Positions 31,048 to 42,245 of a DNA stretch of 64,000 nt are shown here, one piece after another. Location: positions 599 to 64,598 of the forward strand of contig JAJRZV010000025.1 of assembly GCA_024275095.1 (NCBI GenBank). Direction: 5' to 3'. The position numbers were made by a program, and so were the translations under genes. Position 1 is the first letter of the stretch. Each line of letters opens with the position of its first letter. The notes below the pieces were generated by a model that was not told the DNA's origin, made no database searches, and saw only the letters and a program-made list of their open reading frames with translations. The DNA is from a bacterium. GTDB taxonomy: Bacteria; JAJRZV01.

Positions 31048-32709
31048 TCAGTCCTCTTCACTCATTTTTTCAAGAAACTCGCGATTGTTCTTTGTACCCT
31101 GCATTTTTTCCAGGAGAAACTCCATGGCGCTGACCACGTCCATAGGCTGAAGGATTTTGCGGAGCAACCATATTCGGTTGAGAGCAAATTCGTCCAGTAG
31201 AAGCTCTTCACGGCGGGTTCCTGAACGATGAATATCTATTGCAGGAAACACTCTTTTCTCAGCGAGGCGCCTGTCGAGATAAATTTCCATGTTACCTGTA
31301 CCTTTAAATTCCTCAAAGATCACCTCATCCATTCTGCTTCCTGTATCAATGAGGGCCGTGCCGATAATGGTAAGGCTGCCTCCGCCTTCGATGTTTCTGG
31401 CTGCTCCGAAGAAGCGTTTGGGTTTGTGAAGGGCATTGGAATCGATACCTCCTGAAAGGACCTTTCCGCTGGCAGGTGTGATGGCATTATATGCCCGTGC
31501 CAGGCGAGTAATGCTGTCCAGGAGAATAACCACGTCATAGCCGTGTTCAACGAGTCGTTTGGCTTTCTCTATAACCATCTCCGCCACCTGCGTGTGCCGT
31601 TGAGCAGGCTCGTCAAAAGTGGAACTGATTACCTCTCCATTTACGGTACGCTGCATTTCGGTCACTTCTTCCGGTCGTTCATCGATGAGAAGAACGATGA
31701 GATACACGTCCGGATGATTTTTCATGAGTGCGTTGGCGATACGCTGAAGAAGCACTGTTTTTCCTGTGCGTGGAGGTGCGACGATGAGTCCCCTCTGTCC
31801 TTTCCCTATGGGTGCCATTAAATCGACCACTCGTGTGGTGAAGTCCGTGGGGTTGTATTCCAGGCTGAATTTTTCAGTTGGAAAGTAGGGTGTCAGGTTG
31901 TCAAAAAGAATTCTCTCCTTTGCCTTTTCCGGATCCTGGAAATTAATTTTTTCAATTTTTAAAAGGGCAAAATATTTTTCCTGCTCCTTGGGTGGACGTA
32001 TTATGCCATATATGGTGTCTCCTGTTTTGAGGTTGAATTTTTTTATCTGGGTGGGTGCAATATAAATGTCGTCTGGACCGTACAGGTAGCTGTTTTCCGG
32101 AGACCTCAAAAATCCATAACCTTCGTTCTGATTGACGTCCAGAACACCTTCTGCGTATACGTATATTTCCCCTTCTTTTTCCATCTGGAGTTGTAGTATT
32201 CGGTAAATCAGTTCCTGTTTTTTCATGGAGGTAGAGTCACTGATCCCCAACTCCCGGGCGAGTTTTGCCAGTTCTCCGATGCGCATGTTTTTCAAATCTT
32301 TCAGGTTGATGCGTTTGGCTATCCGGGCCTCTTTCTTTTCCTCTTCGGGTTCCGGAGATTTTCGCTGCGGTGTCTCAACCATTTCCTGCTGTTCTTGCAC
32401 CGGTGTCTCGGAACCGTTCTCTGCTTTTTCGTTTTTTTCTTCAATGGAAGATGCTTTCTCTTCCGGCGTTTCCTCAGGGACTTCTTCTACCTGCTTCGCC
32501 GGTTCGTTTTCCCTGGTTGTATCCTCTGAACCTTCACTCTTTTTCTCAGTTGTAGAGGTCTTGCTTCGCCGGCGTCTTCTCACCACCACCTGTTTTTCCT
32601 CGTGAGAAGGTACAGTTCCCTCCGAAACCTGGGCGTCCGAGTTTTCCTGAACGGGTGATTCCTCTGGTGATGGTGATGGTAGAGTTCCTTCTTGCTCTTC
32701 CCTTGACAT
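31048..32709 (-). CDS. rho: Transcription termination factor Rho with long N-terminal extension
   Basis: [50 protein letters not shown]. Confidence 0.97.
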   Translation of the reverse strand: MSREEQEGTLPSPSPEESPVQENSDAQVSEGTVPSHEEKQVVVRRRRRSKTSTTEKKSEGSEDTTRENEPAKQVEEVPEETPEEKASSIEEKNEKAENGSETPVQEQQEMVETPQRKSPEPEEEKKEARIAKRINLKDLKNMRIGELAKLARELGISDSTSMKKQELIYRILQLQMEKEGEIYVYAEGVLDVNQNEGYGFLRSPENSYLYGPDDIYIAPTQIKKFNLKTGDTIYGIIRPPKEQEKYFALLKIEKINFQDPEKAKERILFDNLTPYFPTEKFSLEYNPTDFTTRVVDLMAPIGKGQRGLIVAPPRTGKTVLLQRIANALMKNHPDVYLIVLLIDERPEEVTEMQRTVNGEVISSTFDEPAQRHTQVAEMVIEKAKRLVEHGYDVVILLDSITRLARAYNAITPASGKVLSGGIDSNALHKPKRFFGAARNIEGGGSLTIIGTALIDTGSRMDEVIFEEFKGTGNMEIYLDRRLAEKRVFPAIDIHRSGTRREELLLDEFALNRIWLLRKILQPMDVVSAMEFLLEKMQGTKNNREFLEKMSEED

Positions 32710-32932
32710 GGAATCGCCTCCTTATTCCGATATTTTCGACAATGAAATCAATTTCACAAAATTTTACTGTCCCGGGCTGTTTTCATGGATTAGAAGAGAT
32801 GTTATCATCTTAAATCCTTTTGATATGCCTGTCAAGTTAAAGGAGAAGTGAAAAGTACTATGGATTATAGATCATTTTACACACACCTCTGTTATGAGCT
32901 AAAATGATTTTTCAGTCAGAGGGGAGAGGGTT

Positions 32933-33463
32933 GTGGCTGAGACCTTGTGGGAAAATATCTTGAAAAGGCGCGAAAGGGAGCATTCTGTAGCGTCCATTCT
33001 CAAGAATACTCCCATATTTTCAGACCTTTCCAGGAGAGAACTTAATATTATCGAAAACATTATCCATCGACGGCGTTATAGAGATGGAGAGATTATTTTT
33101 CGTCAGGGTGATCCCGGTGTGGGTATGTATGTAATAGCAAAAGGCCAGGTTCGAATTTTTATGACCAATTCAGCAGGTGTGAGTGTTGAACTGGTCATGC
33201 TTCAGCCGGGAGATTTTTTTGGAGAAACAGCCGTGATTGACCGGGGTGAGCGTTCTGCATCTGCACAGGCTGTCGGAGATACCGAGCTTCTCGGATTTTT
33301 CCGTCCCGATCTGTTCGATATTATTGATCGCTTCCCACGGATGGGGGCCAAGATTCTTCTCAAAATCGCTCTTGTGTACTCCGAGCGTTTGAGACATACT
33401 AATGCTGAACTCATGAAGGCCCGTACCCAGCTCGCGGAACTTCGTAAAAAGACCGGTGAGTAA
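32933..33463 (+). CDS. Cyclic nucleotide-binding domain protein (no HTH)
   Basis: IFRQGDPG.GMY.I..G.V, GDFFGE, RSASAQA. Confidence 0.88.
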   Translation: MAETLWENILKRREREHSVASILKNTPIFSDLSRRELNIIENIIHRRRYRDGEIIFRQGDPGVGMYVIAKGQVRIFMTNSAGVSVELVMLQPGDFFGETAVIDRGERSASAQAVGDTELLGFFRPDLFDIIDRFPRMGAKILLKIALVYSERLRHTNAELMKARTQLAELRKKTGE

Positions 33464-34562
33464 TGTAGGCAATTCATCATTGAGTTTCTCTTCCAAGTCG
33501 ATACTTGCTCTCGCACTTGCAATATTTGTCGGGCTCCTACTTTATCAGTTTGCCCTTCAGATTTTTACGGGATTTACCGCTCTTATCGGTGATCTGCTTT
33601 TAACTCTACTTTTGAGTTTGATTACATATTACATTTTCGATCCGGTAATTGCCCGACTTGAAGCCGTTGGACTTTCGCGGGGGATTGCCACCTTGCTGGT
33701 ATTTTTATGCATTTCGTGCGTGATTGTAACAGGTATTGTTGTTGTACTCCCTTCGTTTGTCGAGGAGCTCAAAAATCTCAAGCAGATTGATGTGAGCCGA
33801 TACATGCACGAAACTGTGTACCTCAGTGAGAGGTTGCAGTCGAGCCTGGACAGGTTTTTGCCACCGGGCATGCAGATCAATATCAGTGAAAAAATATCCA
33901 GGCTCACTTCCGGTCTCATGAAGAGTTTAATGAATGCTACCACTGCTGCTGTACCCCAGACTCTCACACTCGCACTCACTGTGCCGTTTTTTTCGTTTTT
34001 CTTTCTGCGCGATGCAGGGGAGTTTAAGAGATGGTTTATGGACTTTGTCCCGAACAGGTATTTTGAAACAGTTATGGATGCTATTTATAACATCAATCGT
34101 CAAACCGGCATGTTCATTCGAGGAAAGTTTTTAGAATCCCTCATCATCGCCGCTGCAACCTTTGTGGTGCTTTTCCCTTCAGGGATTAAGTACAATATTT
34201 TGTTAAGTTTATTTGCCGGGCTTTGCAATCTTATTCCCTATGTGGGGCCTGTTATCGGAGCGGTCCCTATCGCTATTATTGGATTTGCTGATTTAGACCC
34301 GACCACTGTGCTTTACGTTGTTGGAGCATATTTTATTTTTGTTCAGGTGATTGTGGATAACATGCTGGTGATTCCTTTTGTTATCGCCAAGGCGTCAGAC
34401 CTGCACGCATTTGTGGTACTGGTAGCGATTATTGCAGGAGGAAAATTTCTCGGGATTATCGGAATGTTCATAGGGGTGCCGGTAGCCAGTGTTTTAAAAA
34501 TTATCTTTGAAGAAGTGCGGGGATACCTTTTATTCAGGAATACTTCCCCGACATCTGAATAG
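33456..34562 (+). CDS. AI-2E family transporter
   Basis: Multi-TM, NLIPYVGP, GIIGMFIGVP. Confidence 0.9.
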   Translation: MSNVGNSSLSFSSKSILALALAIFVGLLLYQFALQIFTGFTALIGDLLLTLLLSLITYYIFDPVIARLEAVGLSRGIATLLVFLCISCVIVTGIVVVLPSFVEELKNLKQIDVSRYMHETVYLSERLQSSLDRFLPPGMQINISEKISRLTSGLMKSLMNATTAAVPQTLTLALTVPFFSFFFLRDAGEFKRWFMDFVPNRYFETVMDAIYNINRQTGMFIRGKFLESLIIAAATFVVLFPSGIKYNILLSLFAGLCNLIPYVGPVIGAVPIAIIGFADLDPTTVLYVVGAYFIFVQVIVDNMLVIPFVIAKASDLHAFVVLVAIIAGGKFLGIIGMFIGVPVASVLKIIFEEVRGYLLFRNTSPTSE

Positions 34563-34567
34563 GTTGC

Positions 34568-35023
34568 GTGGTAAAGCTGAAGACCTACATAGAGGCGCGT
34601 TTGAAACCAGAACAATATTTTTTTTCTTTCTGGGCGAAGATTTTTCCTTTGAGCGTGCGGATTCAAACGGGATTGGGAATGGGTGTGTATTTTCTGGGCT
34701 TTCGGATTCCCGGGGCCGTGATAAATTTTTTTACTCGAAAGCGAACTTTGAAAGGGGTGAGGAAATTCTCTCCTCCGAAAAAGCTTCCACCACTGAGCGA
34801 TGTTCCAGGCTGGATACGGTCGCTTCAGGTAGAAGGAGAGTTTACTTCGGGTCTACCGGACGTGGATGCATTAATAGCAGCCTTTACAGGGGCTTTTCCC
34901 GAAGTGAGGGTTCAACCAGTTGTTGCTTCGGATCCCGAACTCCACCTGCACGTCAGGATGGGGCTGCGACTGTTGAGGATCATTCGCAGCCTTTTTTTCA
35001 GGTCCCCATTTCCCAGGAGTTAA
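34568..35023 (+). CDS. Hypothetical protein
   Basis: 151 aa ORF filling the gap after the AI-2E gene, converging on ahcY. Confidence 0.45.
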   Translation: MVKLKTYIEARLKPEQYFFSFWAKIFPLSVRIQTGLGMGVYFLGFRIPGAVINFFTRKRTLKGVRKFSPPKKLPPLSDVPGWIRSLQVEGEFTSGLPDVDALIAAFTGAFPEVRVQPVVASDPELHLHVRMGLRLLRIIRSLFFRSPFPRS

Positions 35024-36254
35024 GGTACTTCTTTTGTGCCGCGGTGAGCGAATCTATGCGAATGCCCATGCTTTCGAGCTTGATGCGCGCGACTTCTCTG
35101 TCGATTTCTTCGGGCACCTGGTAAACGGTTCTCTCCAGGTTTTTCCCCATTTTCCACAGGTATTCAGCGCATAGCGCCTGGTTCGCAAAGGACATATCCA
35201 TCACGCTGGATGGATGCCCTTCTGCAGCAGAGAGATTGACAAGGCGTCCCTCAGCAAGCAGAAAAATGCGCCGACCGTCTTTCAGCTTATATTCTTCAAC
35301 GTTTTCACGCACAACTCGCTGTGAGACACTGAGCTCCTGGAGTCCGGGAATGTCGATCTCCACATTGAAGTGTCCGGAATTGGCCACGATGGCACCGTCC
35401 TTCATGCGCTGGAAGTGCTCTTTACGAATTACGGTGGTGTTGCCGGTCACTGTCACAAAAAAATCTCCGATGGTTGCGGCCTCTTTCATTGGCATTACTT
35501 CATATCCGTCCATTACTGCTTCGAGAGCTCTGACTGGGTCCACTTCTGTCACAATAACTCTTGCTCCCATGCCATGCGCTCTCATGGCCACCCCTCGTCC
35601 GCACCATCCGTATCCGCAAACTACAAATCGACTCCCAGCGATAAGCCTGGAAGTTGCCCTGAGGATGCCGTCAATGGTGGATTGCCCTGTGCCGTACCTG
35701 TTGTCAAAGAGATACTTTGTTTTGGCATCGTTCACGGCAATGATGGGATACCTGAGCACGCCGTTTTTTGCCATGGCCCGAAGCCGAATAACCCCGGTCG
35801 TTGTTTCTTCTGTACCCCCGATTACCTCATCCACACCACCTCCAGATGCCCTGTGAAGCGTGGAAACGAGATCTGCACCATCATCCATGGTGATATGAGG
35901 TTTAATGGAAAGGACCTTTTTAATATGTTCGTAATATTTTTTTCTGCTTTCTCCTCTGATGGCAAATACGGGTATTTTGTAGAATTTTACCAGTGCAGCT
36001 GCCACGTCGTCCTGAGTGCTGAGAGGATTTGATGCGCACAGAGCTACTACAGCACCTCCCTCTTTGAGAGTGATGACAAGGTTCGCTGTTTCTGTGGTTA
36101 CATGCAGGCATGCAGCTATGCGCACTCCTTTAAGCGGTTTTTCATTTTTAAATCTCTCGCGAATGCGCGTGAGTACAGGCATACTGAAGTCTGCCCATTC
36201 AATACGGTCTTTTCCTCTTTTGGCCAGCTTGAGGTCTTTTACATCGTGTTCCAT
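34998..36254 (-). CDS. ahcY: Adenosylhomocysteinase
   Basis: [40 protein letters not shown]...GHPS.VMDMSF. Confidence 0.97.
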   Translation of the reverse strand: MEHDVKDLKLAKRGKDRIEWADFSMPVLTRIRERFKNEKPLKGVRIAACLHVTTETANLVITLKEGGAVVALCASNPLSTQDDVAAALVKFYKIPVFAIRGESRKKYYEHIKKVLSIKPHITMDDGADLVSTLHRASGGGVDEVIGGTEETTTGVIRLRAMAKNGVLRYPIIAVNDAKTKYLFDNRYGTGQSTIDGILRATSRLIAGSRFVVCGYGWCGRGVAMRAHGMGARVIVTEVDPVRALEAVMDGYEVMPMKEAATIGDFFVTVTGNTTVIRKEHFQRMKDGAIVANSGHFNVEIDIPGLQELSVSQRVVRENVEEYKLKDGRRIFLLAEGRLVNLSAAEGHPSSVMDMSFANQALCAEYLWKMGKNLERTVYQVPEEIDREVARIKLESMGIRIDSLTAAQKKYLNSWEMGT

Positions 36255-36281
36255 TCTCACCCCCTGTAAGTGATGAAACTT

Positions 36282-37433
36282 TCAGATTTTGGATTTAAGC
36301 GTTTCTATCATGTCCGTTCGTTCCCATGTAAATCCTTCTTCACTGCGTCCAAAGTGGCCATAGGCTGCTGTGGCTCTGTAAACAGGGCGTAACAGATTAA
36401 GATGCCGAATGATATCCCGTGGTTTGAGCGGGAAAACATCGGTAACAATTTTTGCCAGTTGCTCGTCGGGCAGCTTGCCCGTCCCAAAGGTTTCAACCAT
36501 TACTGATACCGGTTCCGCAACTCCGATGGCATAAGCAATTTGTACTTCACACTTGTCAGCAAGGTCTGCTGCAACAATATTTTTTGCTATGTACCGCGCC
36601 ATATAAGAAGCTGAACGGTCTACTTTTGAAGGGTCTTCGCCTGAAAAGGCTCCTCCTCCATGTCTGCCCATTCCCCCGTACGTATCCACGATGATTTTTC
36701 TCCCTGTAAGACCACAGTCACCGTAAGGGCCGCCGATAACGAACCGTCCCGTAGGATTAATATAATACTTCACATCACCTGGAAGCATCTCTTCTGGCAC
36801 GACTTTTTTGATGACTTCCTCGATTACAAATTCTCGAAGTTCCTCGTCTTTAACACTTTCGGTGTGTTGGGTGGACACGACCACGCTGGTAATGCGGTGG
36901 GGTTTGCCGTCCCGATAGAGCACGGACACCTGAGACTTCCCATCGGGACAGAGAAAGTCCACCTTACCGTATTTTCTTACTTCCGCAAGTTTTCTTGTAA
37001 TGCGGTGAGCGTACATTATGGGAGCAGGCATGAGTTCTTCTGTTTCCTTGCACGCGTACCCGAACATCATTCCCTGGTCTCCTGCTCCCTGCTCACCCTT
37101 TTCTCCATCAACACCCATGGCAATATCCGGAGACTGCTTTTCCACTACACACGAAACTGCACACGTTCTGTAGTCGATTCCCTTGGCACTGTCATCATAT
37201 CCGATGTCTTTCAGGACACTTTTGGCTATCTGGGTGTAGTCCACAACAGCCCTGGTTGTGATTTCTCCTGCAATCATTACAAGGCTGTTTTTAACCAGCG
37301 TTTCACACGCCACACGTGCAGAAGGGTCCTGTCGGATAATTTCATCGAGCACAGCATCGGATATCTGGTCCGCAATTTTGTCCGGATGACCTTCGGTGAC
37401 GGACTCAGATGTGAAAATAAACTCCTTGTTCAT
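36282..37433 (-). CDS. metK: S-adenosylmethionine synthetase
   Basis: [33 protein letters not shown]. Confidence 0.97.
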   Translation of the reverse strand: MNKEFIFTSESVTEGHPDKIADQISDAVLDEIIRQDPSARVACETLVKNSLVMIAGEITTRAVVDYTQIAKSVLKDIGYDDSAKGIDYRTCAVSCVVEKQSPDIAMGVDGEKGEQGAGDQGMMFGYACKETEELMPAPIMYAHRITRKLAEVRKYGKVDFLCPDGKSQVSVLYRDGKPHRITSVVVSTQHTESVKDEELREFVIEEVIKKVVPEEMLPGDVKYYINPTGRFVIGGPYGDCGLTGRKIIVDTYGGMGRHGGGAFSGEDPSKVDRSASYMARYIAKNIVAADLADKCEVQIAYAIGVAEPVSVMVETFGTGKLPDEQLAKIVTDVFPLKPRDIIRHLNLLRPVYRATAAYGHFGRSEEGFTWERTDMIETLKSKI

Positions 37434-37487
37434 TGAGTGCCTCCTTTACTGTTCCAGTTGCAAAAAGATAAAAAATTCATTTGACCT

Positions 37488-39242
37488 TTAACGTATCAAT
37501 TGCTCGGGCAGCATTTTTAACACAGTTTTGTTTAAAAAGTCATCTATCTCTTCAGCACAGTTCAACTTTTTAACCTCCTGATATGCTCGATGGCACTCGT
37601 TTGCACGAAGGAATGTAAGCGCTTTTTTTATTCGCGGAATAAAAGGCGGAGACATGCTCAAATGCCGGAAGCCCATTCCTATAAGCAAAGGAAGATACTT
37701 TACTTCCCCTGCTACTTCTCCGCACACTTCCACCTCCCTCTTTTCTTTTTTTGCTGCCTCCAGGACCATCTCCATCAGTTTTAAAACGGAAGGGCTTGTG
37801 GGTTTAAACAGATACGATACCTTTTCATTGGTTCGGTCCGCAGCAAGGGTATACTGAACGAGATCGTTTGTACCAATGCTTAGAAAATCCACCTCTTTCA
37901 CGATTGCGTGTCTAAGAAGACATGCAGAAGGTGTTTCCATCATTACGCCTATCGGAATGTGGGGATTGAATGGTATGCCTGCCTGCGACAGGCGGGCCAT
38001 TTGTTTGGTGAGTAGCTCTTTTACCTCGCGTATTTCTGCCACGTCGGTGATTAAGGGTAAAAGAATGCGTACATTACCGTGGGCGCTGGCTCGCAGGATT
38101 CCCCGGAGTTGTTTCACAAAGATATGGGGCCGAGCCAATGAAAATCGTATGGCCCGGAGTCCAAGAGCGGGATTTGGTTCATCTTCGCCGTTTTTAGCGT
38201 CCAGAAGCTTCTCGGCTCCCAGGTCGAATGTGCGAATGGTAAAGGGTAGTGAACCGATGGTATTGATGATTTTCAGATAGTTGCGGTAGTGTTCCATTTC
38301 TGTGGGAAGGCGCTTGCGGCCCAGGTAGAGGTACTCTGTTCTGTAAAGGCCGATGCCGTCTGTTCGATAGTCAACCACGAAACGGGCCTCTTCGGGCAAT
38401 TCGATATTGACCATAAGATGAATTCTTACACCGTCTGCAGTTTGGGAACTGAGCAGGGCAGAGGAAGTGAGCGAACGGGCGTATTCCTCATATGCATTTC
38501 TTCGCGTGATGATTTCTCTTAATGTCCCGGAACCCGGGTTCAGAGTCACCGTGCCTTCGGTTCCGTCAACAGCTACTGTATCTCCATCGCGCACAAAATC
38601 CAGAAGGCCGTTAATTCCCACAACTGCAGGAATTTGAAAAGCCCGGGCAATGATAGACGTGTGAGATATGAGGCTTCCTGCTTCTGTCGCAATGGCCTTG
38701 ATGCTTTTGCGTGAAAGCCGGGCAATTTCTCCAGGTGAGATGTCGTGGGCAACCACCACGATATCTCCCTGTGGCAATTCAGTCACAACCGTTTCTTTCC
38801 CAGAGAGGTTATTGAAGATTCTTTCAGCTACGTAATCAAAGTCTGTCCTTCGTTCTCGAATGTACTCGTCGTCAATCTCATCAAGCACACGCCTGAGTTT
38901 TTCGTGCGCTGTTCGCAGAGCGAATTCTGCTGAATAGCGTTTGTTTTTTATCAGGTCTTCAACCTGGTCCAGAAGCATTCTGTCGTTGAGAATCATCAAG
39001 TGGGTTTCGAGGATATATATGGCATCCTTTCCGGATATAGGATCGAGTTCTTCCATTATTTCTTTAATCTGGGTTTCAGCCTTTCGGACAGCCCTCTGAA
39101 AACGTTGCAACTCCTGGGTTACCTGGGATGTATGGATGCGTTTAAAAGGCGCGTTGTTGAGGCTTCGCCGGGGTCCTGTTAAAATAGCTGCTTCTCCCAC
39201 GCCGATACCTGGAGATGCAGCAATACCCTTTAATTTTTTCAT
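37488..39242 (-). CDS. ptsI: PTS enzyme I
   Basis: GIAASPG, SHTSIIAR, GIGLYRTE, NPALGLRAIR, SIGTNDL.QY. Confidence 0.95.
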   Translation of the reverse strand: MKKLKGIAASPGIGVGEAAILTGPRRSLNNAPFKRIHTSQVTQELQRFQRAVRKAETQIKEIMEELDPISGKDAIYILETHLMILNDRMLLDQVEDLIKNKRYSAEFALRTAHEKLRRVLDEIDDEYIRERRTDFDYVAERIFNNLSGKETVVTELPQGDIVVVAHDISPGEIARLSRKSIKAIATEAGSLISHTSIIARAFQIPAVVGINGLLDFVRDGDTVAVDGTEGTVTLNPGSGTLREIITRRNAYEEYARSLTSSALLSSQTADGVRIHLMVNIELPEEARFVVDYRTDGIGLYRTEYLYLGRKRLPTEMEHYRNYLKIINTIGSLPFTIRTFDLGAEKLLDAKNGEDEPNPALGLRAIRFSLARPHIFVKQLRGILRASAHGNVRILLPLITDVAEIREVKELLTKQMARLSQAGIPFNPHIPIGVMMETPSACLLRHAIVKEVDFLSIGTNDLVQYTLAADRTNEKVSYLFKPTSPSVLKLMEMVLEAAKKEKREVEVCGEVAGEVKYLPLLIGMGFRHLSMSPPFIPRIKKALTFLRANECHRAYQEVKKLNCAEEIDDFLNKTVLKMLPEQLIR

Positions 39243-39524
39243 TTATTCCTCTTCACCGAATCGGTCATTTACCAGCTTTACAAGAGTTTCCACCGCCTGG
39301 TGGCTGTCTTCACCCCTTGCTTTGATGATCACCTTGGAGCCCTTTGTAAGTGCGAGCGTCAGAATACCCATAATGCTTTTGCCGTTGACGGTTCTATTTC
39401 CTTTTTTCAATTCGATACGCGAGCGGAATTGTGTCGCTGTTTTGACAAATTGCGCTGCTGCACGCGCGTGAAGGCCAAGCTTATTTTTTATAACCACCGT
39501 TTTTTTTGCCTCTTTGGCCGCCAT
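39243..39524 (-). CDS. ptsH: Phosphocarrier HPr
   Basis: NKLGLHARAAA, NGKSIMG. Confidence 0.95.
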   Translation of the reverse strand: MAAKEAKKTVVIKNKLGLHARAAAQFVKTATQFRSRIELKKGNRTVNGKSIMGILTLALTKGSKVIIKARGEDSHQAVETLVKLVNDRFGEEE

Positions 39525-39930
39525 TGAGAACCTCGCTTGCCAGCTGAATGTTTTTTTGTCCATAAGATTTTATAAACTTCGCAAATTCTGAAAGGTCCAT
39601 TTCATCTGTATGAGTGCACACCTTCAGAAGCATTGGGAGGTTGACGCCTGTGATCACTTCCGCCTTTCCTTTTTTCATAAAAGAAAGAGCAACATTGGAT
39701 GGCGTGCCGCCGAACATGTCAGTAAAAAGAACCACTCCATGACCCCTGTCGACCTTTTTTATGGCATCTTCGATTTTCTTTTTTATCCGCGTGAGGTCCA
39801 TGTTCTTCTCAACGTTGACGTATGTGAGCAGTGCATTTTCCCCGGCGATGTACTCTGCTGTTTTCACCAGGTCTTCAGCCAATCGTCCATGAGCTACCAC
39901 TACTATTCCAAATCTGCATTTTTTCTCCAT
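39481..39930 (-). CDS. PTS mannose-type EIIA component
   Basis: VVVAHG, TDMFGGTPSN, TGVNLPML. Confidence 0.92.
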   Translation of the reverse strand: MEKKCRFGIVVVAHGRLAEDLVKTAEYIAGENALLTYVNVEKNMDLTRIKKKIEDAIKKVDRGHGVVLFTDMFGGTPSNVALSFMKKGKAEVITGVNLPMLLKVCTHTDEMDLSEFAKFIKSYGQKNIQLASEVLNGGQRGKKNGGYKK

Positions 39931-39953
39931 GACTCTTTGCCCCGTGTATTGAG

Positions 39954-40811
39954 TTATTTTTCTATGTCTCTGTGGAATGTACTGACAACAGCAGTCCGCT
40001 CACGCAGGTATCTATCAAAGTAATTGGCCATTACAACAGACCGGTGCTTTCCTCCTGTGCACCCGAATGCGAGGTTGAGAATGCTTTTACCCTCTTTTTC
40101 GTAAAGATCCACGGCATAATCCAGGAATGCGGTTAATCGTTGTAAAAATTCTTCTGTCATCTTATTTTTTAACACATACTCTTTTACCCTTTCGTCGTTG
40201 CCGTTGAAGTTTCTCAGGTCTTCTTTGAAAAAGGGGTTGGGCAGGCATCTTACATCTATAACCAGATCCGCATCACTGGGCACACCGTATTTATAACCGA
40301 AGGATATAATGTTTATTTGCATTGTACGCGAGGGCGTGATTCCTTCGATTTTTCTCAAGCGGTCTCTCAACTGGTGAATGTTAATGTCAGAGGTGTCGAT
40401 TTGAACATGGCTGAGAGCTCGAATGGGAGCGAGCACTTCCCTTTCCTTCTCGAGCACTTCGTCCATGTTGAAACCTTCCAGCAGAGGATGCCTTCTGCGT
40501 GTTTCTTTAAATCTTGCTTTAATGCGTTCGTTCGTGGCATCGAGATATACCACAATGGGTTCAAAACCTTTTTCTCTGAGTTGTTCATACACTGAAGTGA
40601 AGTCCTTGAGAAATCGCCTTTCTCTTACGTCAACCACAAGGGCCACCTTTGAAATATCCTCAGAAGCGCTTTCGCATAATTCGAGAAAGTTGGGTATAAG
40701 GCCGACGGGGAGATTATCAACACAGTAATACCCAAAATCTTCAAGAGCCTTCATGGCCGTGGTTTTACCAGAGCCAGAAACTCCTGTAATAATGACAACC
40801 TGGGGTTTCAC
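39954..40811 (-). CDS. rapZ: RNase adapter RapZ
   Basis: TGVSGSGKT, VDNLP, SFGYKYG, GCTGGKHRSV. Confidence 0.95.
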   Translation of the reverse strand: MKPQVVIITGVSGSGKTTAMKALEDFGYYCVDNLPVGLIPNFLELCESASEDISKVALVVDVRERRFLKDFTSVYEQLREKGFEPIVVYLDATNERIKARFKETRRRHPLLEGFNMDEVLEKEREVLAPIRALSHVQIDTSDINIHQLRDRLRKIEGITPSRTMQINIISFGYKYGVPSDADLVIDVRCLPNPFFKEDLRNFNGNDERVKEYVLKNKMTEEFLQRLTAFLDYAVDLYEKEGKSILNLAFGCTGGKHRSVVMANYFDRYLRERTAVVSTFHRDIEK

Positions 40812-41773
40812 TGGTCTTTTCTCCTTATGTGGAGTTCTTTTGTTTTTTCTTCAAGGCGTTTTTCAAAATCTTCACCAGAATATATACCTGCTCTTTTGAG
40901 AAGATAATTTCTTGCTGCTATTTCGACAAGTGTGGCAAGACTTCGGCCGGGTCCAACGGGTACCACCACATGCGGAAGTTTTACCCCCATAATTTCTGTT
41001 GTCATTTCGCGGGCTGCGATCGGGTCCTCGTTGGTGTATTCTTCCCATCGTACAAATTCTATGACAAGTTCTATTTTTTTTCTCGGTCTTACTGCAGAAA
41101 CTCCGAACAATTCCCGGATGTTGATAATACCGAGCCCCCGTATCTCCATGTGGTATCTGGTGATGGGGGGTGACATCCCGTAAACAGAGGTTTCGTCTCT
41201 TTTGACCACGTCTATTGCATCGTCGGATACAAGTCTTGCTCCCCTCATGATGAGTTCAAGGGCCACTTCACTTTTTCCTATGCCACTTGGTCCTTTGATA
41301 AGCACCCCTACACCAAGAATGTCCAGCAGCACGCCGTGGAGAGTGAGCGTGCGTGATTGGAGGTCCTTGATCTTTTCTGTAAATATCTGCACAAAATCAT
41401 TAAACGAAAGTCTGGTCTCCACAAAGGCAAGGTTTTGTGACTCGAGAATTTCGGAAAACGCCTGTACGTGCTTGCCGTGTGGCCTGCAGATGATCACTAC
41501 TGCTACTCCGCGTCGTTTAAGTCTGTGAAGAAGGCCTTCTATTTCCCGGGGGTATGCTTTAACCAGTTCTTCAATGACATCACCACCCGCCACTGCCAGG
41601 TTGGAGGTTCCACCTTTCAGGCGAAAACGCGGGGTTTTTTGACTCCGTATAATTCCAACAGGCGCTGACAAAATGAGTTCGCACTTGGGAAAAGATTCGG
41701 GAAGTTCCAAGCATAGCTCTTCAGCGTGGTCTTTGAGAAACTCCTTCAATGAAAGACTTTCAAGCTTTTTCAA
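40808..41773 (-). CDS. hprK: HPr kinase/phosphorylase
   Basis: LHGVL...GVLIKGPSGIGKSE, LVSDD, MEIRGLGIINI. Confidence 0.93.
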   Translation of the reverse strand: MKKLESLSLKEFLKDHAEELCLELPESFPKCELILSAPVGIIRSQKTPRFRLKGGTSNLAVAGGDVIEELVKAYPREIEGLLHRLKRRGVAVVIICRPHGKHVQAFSEILESQNLAFVETRLSFNDFVQIFTEKIKDLQSRTLTLHGVLLDILGVGVLIKGPSGIGKSEVALELIMRGARLVSDDAIDVVKRDETSVYGMSPPITRYHMEIRGLGIINIRELFGVSAVRPRKKIELVIEFVRWEEYTNEDPIAAREMTTEIMGVKLPHVVVPVGPGRSLATLVEIAARNYLLKRAGIYSGEDFEKRLEEKTKELHIRRKDQ

Positions 41774-42233
41774 GCCTTTCGTCTTCCTCGATGAGATAAT
41801 TGTAAATTTTATCTCTATCTTTTAAATCCATCAGCATTGAAAGAATTTTTTTTCTCCTGAGGAGTCTGGAAGCGGCAGCCAAGGCTCTTAAAAGCTCTCC
41901 TGGTCTGTCTTCAGGACCGATGAGAAAGAGAAAAATATGTACCGGTTTTCCTTCTTCGGTGTTGAAGTTTACGCCGCGACGGCTGAGGGCTAAAAGACCG
42001 TATACTTTCTCGACACCGGGAACACGAGCATGTGGAAATGCCACGCCTTCCGTTAATCCGGTAGAGCCCAGCCGCTCCCGCTGGAAGAGATAATCCTTAA
42101 TGCTTTCTGCACTTATATCCAGATGGTAAACATCCCTGAGGCGCTTCGCTCCTTCTTCTAAGGTATCCAGCACACCTGTCGTGTTCAGCTCAGTGATAAC
42201 GGCTTCTTTTATAAGAAAAGATGATATGCTCAT
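41760..42233 (-). CDS. ptsN: PTS EIIA(Ntr)-like
   Basis: RERLGSTGL.EGVAFPHAR. Confidence 0.88.
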   Translation of the reverse strand: MSISSFLIKEAVITELNTTGVLDTLEEGAKRLRDVYHLDISAESIKDYLFQRERLGSTGLTEGVAFPHARVPGVEKVYGLLALSRRGVNFNTEEGKPVHIFLFLIGPEDRPGELLRALAAASRLLRRKKILSMLMDLKDRDKIYNYLIEEDERLEKA

Positions 42234-42245
42234 TGAACTTGGATC

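Noticed and set aside
34507-35124. 205-aa alternative ORF
   Set aside because: Overlaps the AI-2E gene and ahcY with non-protein-like composition.
35236-37436. Long plus-strand ORFs (206, 220, 258 aa)
   Set aside because: Antisense shadows of ahcY and metK.
37488-39524. HPr-EI fusion by readthrough (TAA ATG in frame)
   Set aside because: Both proteins have normal termini, so this is ordinary translational coupling.
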